64,000 bases of DNA from Minisyncoccota bacterium (GCA_035403785.1 DAONFW010000002.1:12676-76675); one strand, 5' to 3'. Positions 19,599 through 30,345 are shown, numbered from the stretch's first letter. The notes: generated by a model not told the origin, from the sequence alone. Program-made: numbers and translations.

Positions 19599-19707
19599 AG
19601 TATAGATGTGTTGCTTTTGTTATTTTGTATTTTGGCAAAAACAAAATAGCTCAAGAAGCTTAATTTATAACGTTTTCATTATAGCACAATTTTGCTATAA
19701 TAAGTCA

Positions 19708-20781
19708 ATGGAAAATCAACAAAATTTACAAACGAACAAGCCAAAACTTAGTATAAGTTTTTTCTTTTTGTGCTTGGGTGTTTTGATTTCTTTAATAACT
19801 TCTGTTGTTTCTTTTCTTAATTTAGTTTTCAGTACATTAGATAAACGTTTTCCGGATGTTTTGAATGCAACTTATCAGTATGGTTATAATACTTATAATT
19901 ATGAAACGATGCGTATTGCTCTCGCAACGCTAATAATTTTCTTTCCGATTTTTCTAATAGTGTTTCATTTTTGGAAAAAATTTACGAAAAAAGAAATTGG
20001 GCACATAGATCAGGTGTTAAAAAAATGGCTAGTGTATGTAGTTTTATTTTTGTCTACTTTAGTAGTTCTTATTGATCTTGTAACACTTGTAAAATATTTT
20101 GTTTCTGGAGAAATAACTATTAGATTTGTTTATAAAGTTTTAGCTACTTTTGTAACAGCTGTGATTATTGGTAAATATTTTTATATTTCAGAATTCTGGT
20201 CAGCTGAGAAAAAATTATTTAAAAAAATAAATATCAAAAAATTAAATACAATAATTAATCCAATTGCCGGTTCGGTTTTGGTTATTTTGGCTGTTATTTG
20301 GAGTTTCTCAGTTATGGGAAGTCCTATGAAACAAAGAATGCTTAGATTGGACGATAAGAGGGTTTCTGATTTGCAGAGTATTCAGTATCAGGTTATAAAT
20401 TATTGGCAGCAAAAAGAAAAACTGCCAGTTAGATTAGTTGATTTGGCAAATCCAATTTCCGGTTATTCTTTGCCTGTTGACCCAGAATTTGAGAAGGGAA
20501 AAGTTTATGAATATAATTTAAAAGACGAGAAAAATTTAACTTTTGAATTATGTGCAGATTTTTCTTTACCAATGCCAAAAGGTTGGCAAGAATCACAAAA
20601 TTATTATAAAGTAACAGGCTCAGCTGTGCCCATGGAAACAACAACTGATGTGGCTGTTTCTTCTTATCCTTATGCTGGTGGAGTTGGAGAATCATGGGAT
20701 CACCAAACAGGCAGAACTTGCTTTGAAAGAACGATAGATAAAGATTTGTATCCACCTTTTCCGAAAGTATTAAAAAATTAA
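19708..20781 (+). CDS. DUF5671-type membrane protein with extracellular C-terminal domain
   Basis: Five TMs; R.ALATLIIFFPIFL; GSPMKQRMLRLDDKRVSDL; FELCADF; WDHQTGRTCFER. Start at ATG 19708. Confidence 0.75.
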   Translation: MENQQNLQTNKPKLSISFFFLCLGVLISLITSVVSFLNLVFSTLDKRFPDVLNATYQYGYNTYNYETMRIALATLIIFFPIFLIVFHFWKKFTKKEIGHIDQVLKKWLVYVVLFLSTLVVLIDLVTLVKYFVSGEITIRFVYKVLATFVTAVIIGKYFYISEFWSAEKKLFKKINIKKLNTIINPIAGSVLVILAVIWSFSVMGSPMKQRMLRLDDKRVSDLQSIQYQVINYWQQKEKLPVRLVDLANPISGYSLPVDPEFEKGKVYEYNLKDEKNLTFELCADFSLPMPKGWQESQNYYKVTGSAVPMETTTDVAVSSYPYAGGVGESWDHQTGRTCFERTIDKDLYPPFPKVLKN

Positions 20782-20822
20782 AAGATTTATAAGTTATAAA
20801 AATTAAAGATAGCTAGTATAGA

Positions 20823-23660
20823 ATGAAAAATTACGATCATAAAAAAATTGAAAAAAAATGGCAGAAAGTTTGGGAAGACAAAAAAATTTATCAAGCCAAG
20901 AATAATTCCAAAAAGAAGAAGTTTTATTCTTTGATTGAATTTCCATATCCGTCTGGTGCTGGGTTGCATGTCGGTCATCCTCGTCCGTATATTGGGATGG
21001 ATATTGTTTCTCGTAAAAAGAGAATGGAAGGATATAATGTTCTTTTCCCAATTGGTTGGGATGCTTTTGGTTTACCAACAGAAAACTATGCTATTAAAAC
21101 TGGAATTCATCCATCAAAAGTCACAAAACAAAATACTGACAATTTTCGTCGTCAAATAAAAATGTTTGGTCCGTCTTTTGATTGGACACGAGAAATAAAC
21201 ACAACTGATCCGACTTATTACAAATGGACGCAGTGGATTTTTTTACAGATGTATAAAAAAGGTTTGGCTTACAAATCAGAAATGCCAATCAATTGGTGTC
21301 CAAAATGTAAAATTGGTCTAGCAAACGAAGAAGTAATAAACGGCAAATGTGAACGATGTGGCGCTGATACAGAAAGAAGATTAAAAAAACAATGGATGTT
21401 GGGAATTACAAAATATGCTGACAGATTAGATAAAGATTTGGATTTAGTTGATTACCCTGAAAGTATAAAATTACAGCAGAGAAACTGGATCGGCAGATCA
21501 GAGGGAAGTGAAATAGAATTTAAAATAAAAAATTCTGATCAGAAAATAAAAGTTTTCACTACACGTGCAGATACTTTGTTCGGTGCGACTTATGTTGTGC
21601 TTGCGCCTGAGCATGAATTGGTGCAGAAGTTAAATTTTGAAAATAAAAAAGAAGTTGAAAATTATATTAAGTCAGTAAAAAGTAAAACTGATATTGAAAG
21701 AACAGATGAGAAAAAAGAAAAAACAGGAGTTGAATTGAAGGGCTTGAAAGCTATCAATCCAGCTAACAGTGAAGAGATTCCAGTTTGGGTTGCTGATTAC
21801 GTTTTAGTTGGTTACGGAACTGGTGCAGTAATGGCAGTACCGGCGCATGATGAGAGAGACTTCGCGTTTGCGAAGAAATATGGGTTAGAAATTAGGCAGG
21901 TAATTGCTCCATTTTTTACTGAAAAAGAAGATGGTAAAGATAAAGTTAGACCTGATAAAAAAACTGTTACTCGAAAAACTGCTTATGCTTTAGTTTTTGA
22001 TAAAAAGAATAATAGATTTTTGTGTTTAGATTGGGAAAAGTTTAATTGGCATTCTGGAATAATTGGTGGTGTCGATGAAGGAGAAACTTATCTAGAAGCA
22101 GCATTAAGAGAAATAAAAGAAGAAACTGGTTATACTAACCTTAAATTTATAAAAGAATTAGGGATGGAACAACATAATAATTTTTTTGCTGCTCATAAAG
22201 ATGAAAATAGGTATGCAATAGGTCGTGGAATGCTTTTTGAACTCATTGATGAAGATAAAATAGAAACAGAAGAAGAACATACTTGTAATCATAAACTTGT
22301 TTGGATAAGAGCTGAGGAGATGAAAGATTGGTTAAATCTTTCGGCTTTTGAGTATATGTGGAAAGCGTATATTTCTGGTTCTGATTGTTTTATTGACGAT
22401 GGAATTTTAATGAACTCTGGAAATTTTAATGACTTAAATTCAGATGAAGCTCGAAATAAAATTACAGAATTTGTTGGGGGAAAAATAGTTACGAAATACA
22501 AATTACGCGATTGGGTCTTTTCAAGACAGAGATATTGGGGAGAACCGATTCCACTTATTCACTGCGAGAAGTGCGGTTGGGTTGCAGTTCCTGAAAAAGA
22601 TTTGCCGGTAAAATTACCAGAAGTAAAAAATTACAAGCCGACCGATACGGGAGAATCGCCGCTTTCTTTAATTTCAAAATGGGTGAATGTAAAATGCCCG
22701 AAGTGTAAAGGGAAAGCGGTGAGAGAAACAGACACAATGCCAAACTGGGCGGGAAGTTCTTGGTATTATTTAAGATACACAGATCCGAAAAATAAAAAAG
22801 AATTTGCGAATAAAAATATTCTAAAATACTGGACGCCGGTAGATTGGTATAACGGTGGCATGGAGCACGTTACTTTGCACTTATTGTATTCAAGATTTTG
22901 GCATAAGTTTTTGTATGATTTGAAATTAGTGCCAACAAAAGAACCGTACAAAAAAAGAACAGCACATGGAATGGTTCTTGCTGCAAACGGCGAAAAGATG
23001 TCTAAATCAAGAGGCAACGTAGTGAACCCAGATGATGTAATAAAATTATACGGAGCTGATACTTTGAGAATTTACGAAATGTTTATTGGGCCTTTCGGTG
23101 ATACTGTTGCTTGGAATGATGAAAGTATAATCGGCCCAAGAAGATTTATTGAGAAAGTTTGGAGAATCAGTCAGAAAGTTTCAAAAGAAAAAACTTCTGG
23201 TGATGTTGTAAAATTGTTGCACAAGACTATCAAGAAAGTAGGAGAAGATATAGAAGAAATGCGTTTCAATACAGCAGTTTCTGCGATGATGATTCTAGCT
23301 AGTGAGTTTGAAAAAGTTGAAGATATAAATATAAAAGATTTTAAATTATTCTTGCAGATTTTGGCACCGTTTACACCGCACGTTGCCGAAGAACTTTGGA
23401 TTTCTTTGGGCGAGAAAAAAACGATACATCTTTCAAGTTGGCCAAAATTTGATAAAAATTTAATAAAAGATGATGAAGTAAAAATAGCTGTTCAGGTAAA
23501 CGGAAAAGTTCGAGCAGAAATGTTGATTCAGATAGATGAGAAAGAAGAAAATATAAAAGAAAAAGCGCTAAAAATAGAGCAAGTTGTTAAATTTACTGAA
23601 AATAAAGAAATAAGAAAAGTAATTTATGTAAAAAACAGACTTGTGAATATCGTAGTGTAG
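20823..23660 (+). CDS. leuS: Leucine--tRNA ligase with inserted Nudix domain
   Basis: FPYPSGAGLHVGH, GWDAFGLP, KMSKS; internal Nudix box GGVDEGETYLEAALREIKEETGY. Confidence 0.97.
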   Translation: MKNYDHKKIEKKWQKVWEDKKIYQAKNNSKKKKFYSLIEFPYPSGAGLHVGHPRPYIGMDIVSRKKRMEGYNVLFPIGWDAFGLPTENYAIKTGIHPSKVTKQNTDNFRRQIKMFGPSFDWTREINTTDPTYYKWTQWIFLQMYKKGLAYKSEMPINWCPKCKIGLANEEVINGKCERCGADTERRLKKQWMLGITKYADRLDKDLDLVDYPESIKLQQRNWIGRSEGSEIEFKIKNSDQKIKVFTTRADTLFGATYVVLAPEHELVQKLNFENKKEVENYIKSVKSKTDIERTDEKKEKTGVELKGLKAINPANSEEIPVWVADYVLVGYGTGAVMAVPAHDERDFAFAKKYGLEIRQVIAPFFTEKEDGKDKVRPDKKTVTRKTAYALVFDKKNNRFLCLDWEKFNWHSGIIGGVDEGETYLEAALREIKEETGYTNLKFIKELGMEQHNNFFAAHKDENRYAIGRGMLFELIDEDKIETEEEHTCNHKLVWIRAEEMKDWLNLSAFEYMWKAYISGSDCFIDDGILMNSGNFNDLNSDEARNKITEFVGGKIVTKYKLRDWVFSRQRYWGEPIPLIHCEKCGWVAVPEKDLPVKLPEVKNYKPTDTGESPLSLISKWVNVKCPKCKGKAVRETDTMPNWAGSSWYYLRYTDPKNKKEFANKNILKYWTPVDWYNGGMEHVTLHLLYSRFWHKFLYDLKLVPTKEPYKKRTAHGMVLAANGEKMSKSRGNVVNPDDVIKLYGADTLRIYEMFIGPFGDTVAWNDESIIGPRRFIEKVWRISQKVSKEKTSGDVVKLLHKTIKKVGEDIEEMRFNTAVSAMMILASEFEKVEDINIKDFKLFLQILAPFTPHVAEELWISLGEKKTIHLSSWPKFDKNLIKDDEVKIAVQVNGKVRAEMLIQIDEKEENIKEKALKIEQVVKFTENKEIRKVIYVKNRLVNIVV

Positions 23661-23701
23661 ATTTGCTTTGGTTAGTTGTGTTATAATTAAACTAAATAAT
23701 T

Positions 23702-25408
23702 ATGGTAAAAAAAATCAGAAACTTTCTCAAGAAAAACTTTCTACTTACTGCTAGCTTAATGTTTCTAGTTGTTTTTTCAGGTACAATGCAGTTATTTGCT
23801 GCTGATCCACCACCTCCAGTAGGTGGTTATCCGGCAGGTACAGTTCTTGATCCAGGTTGTACACCAGGAAGTGTAGATTGTATAGTTGCTCAAGCTGTAT
23901 ATAATGCTGGAGATATTATGTATGATAATTCAACTTCTGGTTTAACTGCTACTGATACTCAGGCTGCGATTGATGAGATAGATGGGGTTGTGGATAATAT
24001 AAACGATTTTACAATTGATGTAAATAATAATATGTTTGCCGGAACTGGAGCGGGAAGTTCTTTGTCTGGTGGCCAAAATAATTTTTTTGCAGGTATTGGT
24101 GCTGGGCAGAATACAACAACGGGAAGTAATAATATCGCTATTGGTTATCAAACACTTTATTCAAACTTAACAGGAAATAAAAATACGTCGAATGGATTTC
24201 AAACACTTTTTTTAAATACAATAGGATATGATAATACAGCCAACGGGTATTTATCCCTTGCTTCGAACACGACAGGATTTCAAAATACTGCTATTGGCCT
24301 TCAATCTCTTACTACAAATACAATTGGATATCAAAATGTAGCTAACGGTGTTCAATCACTTGGCATAAATACAACAGGATATCAAAATACTGCTAATGGG
24401 TATAATGCACTTGTTGGTAACACAACGGGTTGGGCCAACAGTGCTATTGGATATCAAACTCTTTCCACTAATACTACAGGGTCTTATAATACGGCTATCG
24501 GTTATAATGCAGATGTAACTGTAAATAATCTAATTAATGCAACAGCTATTGGTTACAATGCAAAGGTTGGTTCAAGCAATAGTTTGGTCCTTGGAGGAAC
24601 TGGGGCAGATGCTGTGAAAGTTGGAATCGGTACAACAACACCAACTAATGTTCTAGATATTGTTGGGCCAGCATTGGATACAACAGTAGTAAGTATTTCA
24701 ACAACTGGAGGAAATACTTGCACTTTTAATACAGGAGTTAATCCGGGAGTTTGGTCCTGTGCTTCAGATAGAAGATTGAAAAATAGTATTTCTGCTATAG
24801 ATAACAATTTAGCTTTAACAAAGATAAACGCACTTAATCCAGTAATGTTTCATTATAATTGGCAAGAATCTTCAGACCCTTTAGTTCCAGGATTTATTGC
24901 CCAAGAATTCGAAGAAATTTTTCCAGATATGGTTTCAACAAATCCAGAAACTGGTTACAAATCTCTTTCTTACACTCCACTTATTCCATATACAGTGAAA
25001 GCTATTCAAGAACTTGATCTAAAAGTAGAAGACTTAATTGTTGAAAAACAAAATCTATTTAATAATTTAATTGCTTGGTTTGGAAATGTGGGGAATGGAA
25101 TAGAAAAATTATTTGCAAAAGAAATACATACAGATATGATTTGTGTTAAAAAATCAGATGGTACAGAGAGATGTGTCACAGGAGATGAATTAGACCAAGT
25201 TCTTTCAAACTCTGGATTGAATAATATTACTCCTACACAAGCACAAGAACCTATTAGGTCTAATAATGCTGGTGATGTAACAGAAGAAGGAATAGACGGA
25301 ACTGCTCCTAATGAAGCCCAAAATCCAACTACCGAAACTCCTCAATCAGAAACGCCGCTTAGTGATACCCCTACAACAGATACAACAAACCCAACAGAAA
25401 GTGCTTAA
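23702..25408 (+). CDS. Secreted adhesin/tail-fibre-like protein with 14-aa NTAxG repeats and a peptidase S74 (intramolecular chaperone) domain
   Basis: Signal peptide; about ten NTTGxxNTAxGxxxL repeats; SDRRLKNSI; GFIAQE; AIQEL coiled coil. Confidence 0.85.
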   Translation: MVKKIRNFLKKNFLLTASLMFLVVFSGTMQLFAADPPPPVGGYPAGTVLDPGCTPGSVDCIVAQAVYNAGDIMYDNSTSGLTATDTQAAIDEIDGVVDNINDFTIDVNNNMFAGTGAGSSLSGGQNNFFAGIGAGQNTTTGSNNIAIGYQTLYSNLTGNKNTSNGFQTLFLNTIGYDNTANGYLSLASNTTGFQNTAIGLQSLTTNTIGYQNVANGVQSLGINTTGYQNTANGYNALVGNTTGWANSAIGYQTLSTNTTGSYNTAIGYNADVTVNNLINATAIGYNAKVGSSNSLVLGGTGADAVKVGIGTTTPTNVLDIVGPALDTTVVSISTTGGNTCTFNTGVNPGVWSCASDRRLKNSISAIDNNLALTKINALNPVMFHYNWQESSDPLVPGFIAQEFEEIFPDMVSTNPETGYKSLSYTPLIPYTVKAIQELDLKVEDLIVEKQNLFNNLIAWFGNVGNGIEKLFAKEIHTDMICVKKSDGTERCVTGDELDQVLSNSGLNNITPTQAQEPIRSNNAGDVTEEGIDGTAPNEAQNPTTETPQSETPLSDTPTTDTTNPTESA

Positions 25409-25496
25409 TAATTAAGCACTTTTTATTTTTTATGGTAATATTAGTATATTAATAAAGTTATTAGTATAGTTTTTTAATTTTTATAAAATAAATAAT

Positions 25497-27653
25497 ATGT
25501 CAAAAATCTTCGATAAAATATCTTTTTGGTCGCTATTCGTTACAATAATTTCTCTGCCGTTTTTCTTTTTACCATTTACTAAAATTCCAGTAGAAATTTC
25601 CAAAAGTTTTATTTTGGTTTTAGGTCTTTCTGTTTCTATAATTTTTTGGGCAATCGCAAGATTTTTTGATAGAAAAATAACTGTTCCAAAGTCATGGATT
25701 TTTTTGTCTAGCTCGATCGTTTTGTTTGTGATGCTTCTATCTAGTATTTTTTCTAAAGCTGCCGGTTTTTCTTTTTTTGGAACAATCTTAGATACAAGTT
25801 CTTTCTTTTTTGCACTGTCAGCATTTTTGCTGATGTTCTTTTCATCTTTGATTTTTAAAGACAAAAAAGCTGTTGGTCTAGTTTTTAAAGGTTTAATTAT
25901 TTCATTTTTTGCTTCTGTAGTTTTTCAACTTACACATGTGTTTTTCCCTAAAATATTATCTTTTAATACACTCTTTCAAAAAACAGATAACTTAATTGGA
26001 AGTTTTAATTCTTTCAGCATTTTTGCTGGGTTAGTTATTATTTTTTCAATGCTCGTCCTTTCTTTTGTTTCAGTTTCAAGATTGAATAAAAATATTTTAG
26101 GTTTAACTATTTTAGTTTCTACTTTTCTGATAGCGCTAAATAATTTCTCTTTCATTTGGCTAGTTCTTGGAATTTTTTCTTTGTTTATTTTTATCTATAA
26201 AATTTCTTTTACTTCAGGAATTAAACCAGAGATAGAAAACGCAAAGACAGATACAAATACAGATATTAGTATAAATACAAAAATGAATGTAGAAGAAAAA
26301 AACAAAAATAAATTTGCAGTCATTCCATTTTTGATGGTGATTGTTTCAGTTTTCTTTTTGCTTGGTGGTAGTAATATAAGCAATTTTGCGCCTACGTATT
26401 TTGGAATTTCTAATGCAGAAATCAGACCTTCTTTTTCCGCCACTTTTGATATTGCTAAAAGCACATTAATAAAAAATCCAATATTAGGCTTGGGCCCGAA
26501 TACTTTTTCAAGCTCTTGGGACTTGTATAAGACTGCTTCTATAAACGATACCAATTTTTGGGGAACTTCTTTCGAATTTGGATCTGGAATTTTACCAACT
26601 TATATGACTACGGGAGGTTTTCTTGGGCTGTTAGCTTGGGCGTTCTTTATTTTAGTAATTTCTCTATTTATTCTTAAAAATTTATTTTCGAAAAAAATTA
26701 AAAATTTGTCAGACTGGAGAATTCCTTTGTTCTTAATAATGTCTTTGTACTTATTTGTAGTTTCATTTTTCTACGCAGTGAGTCCAGTTTTAATTTTGTT
26801 AGCGTTTGCTTTCCTTGGAATTTACATCGGTGCATCTGGTTTTAGTAAAGAAATAAATTTTCAGTTTTTGAATAACTCAAGAAAAACTTTCATAGCAGTA
26901 GTTGCTTTAACTATTATCATTCTTGCAGTTATTACAGCTTGTTTCAAATATACTGAAAGATTTATTTCTATTTCTTATTTCCAAAAAACTGTTTCTGCAA
27001 GTTCTGTTGAATTAGCTGAGAAAAATATAAATAAAGCAGTAGCTCTTTATCCTAACGATTTATATTTGCGTACTTACACACAAGTTTATTTGTTAAAATT
27101 TAAAACTATTTCAGCAAAAGGCGCTTCGATTACAGATTCTGAAAAAGCTGAATTAAAAGATAGTTTTGATAAAACTATCGCTGCTGGAGAATTGGCTATC
27201 AAATACAATAGAAATAATTATTTGAATTTCAAATCTCTTGGGATCGCTTATGAAACTTTTGCAACATATGGGATACAAAATGCAGGGAATATGGCAGTAG
27301 AAGCATACAAAAAAGCTTCTGAACTTAACCCTAAAAATCCTGGTTTAAAATTAGATATTGCCCGCGCTGCTTTTGCTATAAGCAATACTGAAGAGGCAAA
27401 AAAGTACGCGTTAGAATCATTTGATCTTAAAAAAGATTATATCGATGCAATGGTTATGCTTGCACAAATTTTAAAGAGTGAAGGAAATTTGAAAGAAGCA
27501 ATGATGTATGGAGATTTGGCTTTGTCTTACAATCCTACAAATACTCAGCTGGCTCAATTTGTTGATTCACTAAGTATTCAAAACATTTCTCCTGTTGGTT
27601 CTGAAAAAGATACTGATAAAACAGGGAAAGAAACAGAATCAAAAAAACAGTAA
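25497..27653 (+). CDS. Polytopic membrane protein (O-antigen ligase-like) with C-terminal TPR repeats
   Basis: About 12 TMs; NPILGLGPNTF; AYKKASELNPKNP. Confidence 0.7.
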   Translation: MSKIFDKISFWSLFVTIISLPFFFLPFTKIPVEISKSFILVLGLSVSIIFWAIARFFDRKITVPKSWIFLSSSIVLFVMLLSSIFSKAAGFSFFGTILDTSSFFFALSAFLLMFFSSLIFKDKKAVGLVFKGLIISFFASVVFQLTHVFFPKILSFNTLFQKTDNLIGSFNSFSIFAGLVIIFSMLVLSFVSVSRLNKNILGLTILVSTFLIALNNFSFIWLVLGIFSLFIFIYKISFTSGIKPEIENAKTDTNTDISINTKMNVEEKNKNKFAVIPFLMVIVSVFFLLGGSNISNFAPTYFGISNAEIRPSFSATFDIAKSTLIKNPILGLGPNTFSSSWDLYKTASINDTNFWGTSFEFGSGILPTYMTTGGFLGLLAWAFFILVISLFILKNLFSKKIKNLSDWRIPLFLIMSLYLFVVSFFYAVSPVLILLAFAFLGIYIGASGFSKEINFQFLNNSRKTFIAVVALTIIILAVITACFKYTERFISISYFQKTVSASSVELAEKNINKAVALYPNDLYLRTYTQVYLLKFKTISAKGASITDSEKAELKDSFDKTIAAGELAIKYNRNNYLNFKSLGIAYETFATYGIQNAGNMAVEAYKKASELNPKNPGLKLDIARAAFAISNTEEAKKYALESFDLKKDYIDAMVMLAQILKSEGNLKEAMMYGDLALSYNPTNTQLAQFVDSLSIQNISPVGSEKDTDKTGKETESKKQ

Positions 27654-27674
27654 AGAATAAAAATTAAAAAATAA

Positions 27675-29357
27675 ATGGAGAAAATTTTAAAAATCTTTAA
27701 CAAAGAATTTATAAACGTAAATCAGGCGGCTTTGTTGCTGGGAATTTTTACTTTGCTTTCGCAGATTCTTGCATTGTTCCGTGATAGATTCATTGCACAT
27801 TTTGTTGGACCATCAGCGGGACTAGACGCTTATTATGCTGCTTTTAGAATTCCTGATTTGATTTTCATTTCAATTGCATCTCTTGCTTCTGTAACTGTTT
27901 TGATTCCATTTATTTCTGCAAAAATGAAAGACGGCAAAGTTACAGAAGAGTCAAAAAAATTCATGAACAGCGTTTTTACTGTATTTTTAGGTGCGATGAT
28001 TATCGTTTCTGTTGTTATCTTTTTTCTTATGCCAGTTTTGGCAAAATTAGTAGCGCCAGGATTTAGTCCAGAAATGCAAGCTAAATTGGTAATGCTTTCT
28101 AGAATCATGCTTTTTTCACCGATTCTCATGGGGCTTTCTAATCTATTTGGTACTGTTACGCAACTTTTCAGGAGATTTTTCTTTTATTCTTTGAGTCCGA
28201 TATTTTACAATCTTGGCATAATTTTTGGTGTGATAATTCTTTATCCGATTTTTGGAATCAAAGGCATGGCGATAGGTGTTGCTTTTGGTGCTTTTCTACA
28301 TTTTTTGATTCAAGCTTTTGCATCTTCCGGTTGCGGTTTTAGACCAAGATTTTCTTTCAAGATAGATTTCAAAGAAATCAGAAAAGTTGTTGCAACTTCT
28401 TTACCTAGGACTTTAGGTCTTGCTTTCAACAGTATTTCTTTGGTTTGCATAATTGCGTTGGCATCTTTTCAAAAAAGCGGTTCTATTTCTATTTTTAATT
28501 TTTCTTATAACTTGCAATCTGTGCCACTTAATATTATTGGCGTTTCTTATGCAGTTGCTTCTTTTCCGATTTTAGTAAAATCTTTTAGTCCAGGGAAATT
28601 AGAGCAGTTTAAATTGCATTTGAAAAACACAGCAAGACAGATTATTTTTTGGTCTTTGCCAGTTACTTTTTTGTTTATAGTTTTGAGAGCACAAATAGTG
28701 CGTGTAATTTTGGGATCTAGAACTTTTTCTTGGGATAATACAAGACTCGTTGCGGCTTCACTTGCGATATTTTCTATATCAGTTTTAGCTCAGGGCATGG
28801 TAGCGCTTTTGTCTCGAGCTTATTATGCGACAGGGAACACGAAGAGGCCGCTAACAATAAACTTAATTAGTTCTATTTCTATAATTATTTTAGCTTATGT
28901 TTTCACGCATGTATTTAATTCTGTGCCGATGTTCAGATATATAATAGAATCGATGTTTAAAGTTACAGACATCCCCGGCACTTCAGTGCTTATGTTACCG
29001 CTTGCATATTCAGTCGGATCTATTATTAATTTTATCTTACAGTGGGTTTTTATAAAAAGAGATTTTATGGAAAAGAAAGAACAGTTTATTGCAAAAACTT
29101 TTTTCCAGAGCTTGGGTGCATCTTTCTTTATTGGTATAGTTTCTTACTTGAGCTTAAATGCTTTTTCATCGGTTTTTGGTTTAGGAACTTTCTGGGGAGT
29201 TTTCTTACAGGGATTTATTTCTGGAATTTTCGGAATATCAGCTGGCGCGGTGGTTTTGTATATGTTAAAAAATAAAGAATTCAGTGATTTGATCAAAACT
29301 CTAAAATCAAAATTCTGGAAGCAGAAAGTTATCGCGCCAGAACAGCAGGAACTTTAG
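27675..29357 (+). CDS. murJ: Lipid II flippase MurJ
   Basis: SQILALFRDR, DAYYAAFRIPD, SPIFYNLGII, RAYYA..NTK.P. Confidence 0.93.
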   Translation: MEKILKIFNKEFINVNQAALLLGIFTLLSQILALFRDRFIAHFVGPSAGLDAYYAAFRIPDLIFISIASLASVTVLIPFISAKMKDGKVTEESKKFMNSVFTVFLGAMIIVSVVIFFLMPVLAKLVAPGFSPEMQAKLVMLSRIMLFSPILMGLSNLFGTVTQLFRRFFFYSLSPIFYNLGIIFGVIILYPIFGIKGMAIGVAFGAFLHFLIQAFASSGCGFRPRFSFKIDFKEIRKVVATSLPRTLGLAFNSISLVCIIALASFQKSGSISIFNFSYNLQSVPLNIIGVSYAVASFPILVKSFSPGKLEQFKLHLKNTARQIIFWSLPVTFLFIVLRAQIVRVILGSRTFSWDNTRLVAASLAIFSISVLAQGMVALLSRAYYATGNTKRPLTINLISSISIIILAYVFTHVFNSVPMFRYIIESMFKVTDIPGTSVLMLPLAYSVGSIINFILQWVFIKRDFMEKKEQFIAKTFFQSLGASFFIGIVSYLSLNAFSSVFGLGTFWGVFLQGFISGIFGISAGAVVLYMLKNKEFSDLIKTLKSKFWKQKVIAPEQQEL

Positions 29358-29369
29358 TTTTGGATTTTT

Positions 29370-30314
29370 ATGAATTTTTTTAACAAATTTTTAAGATTAA
29401 AAAATAATTTACTAGTAATTTCTAATTTAGATATTAGTGAATCTATTTATATACCAGAACCAACAAAGTCTTTATTATGGGTAACCAATGAAGATATTTC
29501 AAAAATTTCGTCACCCTTCCAAATCAAGATTACTTTTGATCTAAACCAAGGGAAATCTGAAATTAATGATGGACATAATTTTTTTGGAGAACCAAGTTTA
29601 ATTTGGACTAAATTGCCAATAGAGAAAAATAATGAATTAGAAAATAAACCCATGTATTATCCTTCCTATTCTTCATTATCTCCAAAAAATAGATATCAAT
29701 ATTTAAATTGGTTAAGAGATATAACACAACCAACAAATCTAAGTTATGTTTTTCTTTATTATTATGGGTTGGAAAGACAATTACTTATTGGTAATTTTGA
29801 TTTAGCAGTACAAGAAATATTTAAGTTGTTGAAATATCACGACAAGGGTACATTTAGAGCTTATGCACAAAATGCATTAATAGTTTCAGCTTTGTACAAA
29901 AATAGGACGGATATTTTTGAAGAAAACTCTTTTCTTTTTGAGAGTGTTTCAAATGAATCTTTAATTGTTAGAAAAAAGTTTGGTTATAAATTAACCGCTG
30001 TCGAATTAATGAACTTATCATATTCTCTAAAATTGAAAAACAAGAGATATATAAAATTATATCCAGAAGATTTTGTAAACGAATTAGACAAATTATTAAT
30101 ATCTTATGAAAAAAATAACGGTTCTTTACTTGATATTGTTTCTTTGGAAGAAATGAAATTTCAAGATTCTATGGTTTTTGCCAATGGTTCTTTGCCTAAA
30201 AATATAAGAACAATAAAAGTTCCTCAACTTATTTTAAATCCAAAATTTAGAGATATGTGTCTTAGTCTATTAGAGAAAGCACATGAAAATTTGAAAATCA
30301 AACATACAAAATAG
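29370..30314 (+). CDS. TerB N-terminal (TerB-N) domain protein
   Basis: YYPSYSSLSPKNRYQYLNWL...LSYVFLYYYGLERQLL matches the TerB-N signature as recalled. Confidence 0.75.
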   Translation: MNFFNKFLRLKNNLLVISNLDISESIYIPEPTKSLLWVTNEDISKISSPFQIKITFDLNQGKSEINDGHNFFGEPSLIWTKLPIEKNNELENKPMYYPSYSSLSPKNRYQYLNWLRDITQPTNLSYVFLYYYGLERQLLIGNFDLAVQEIFKLLKYHDKGTFRAYAQNALIVSALYKNRTDIFEENSFLFESVSNESLIVRKKFGYKLTAVELMNLSYSLKLKNKRYIKLYPEDFVNELDKLLISYEKNNGSLLDIVSLEEMKFQDSMVFANGSLPKNIRTIKVPQLILNPKFRDMCLSLLEKAHENLKIKHTK

Positions 30315-30345
30315 CAATTTTCAAAAAATCTGTTATATTTAAAGG

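Noticed and set aside
24110-24560. 42-nt periodicity as a possible DGR or CRISPR-like array
   Set aside because: Explained by 14-aa protein repeats with synonymous divergence. No reverse transcriptase and no adenine-specific TR/VR pair.
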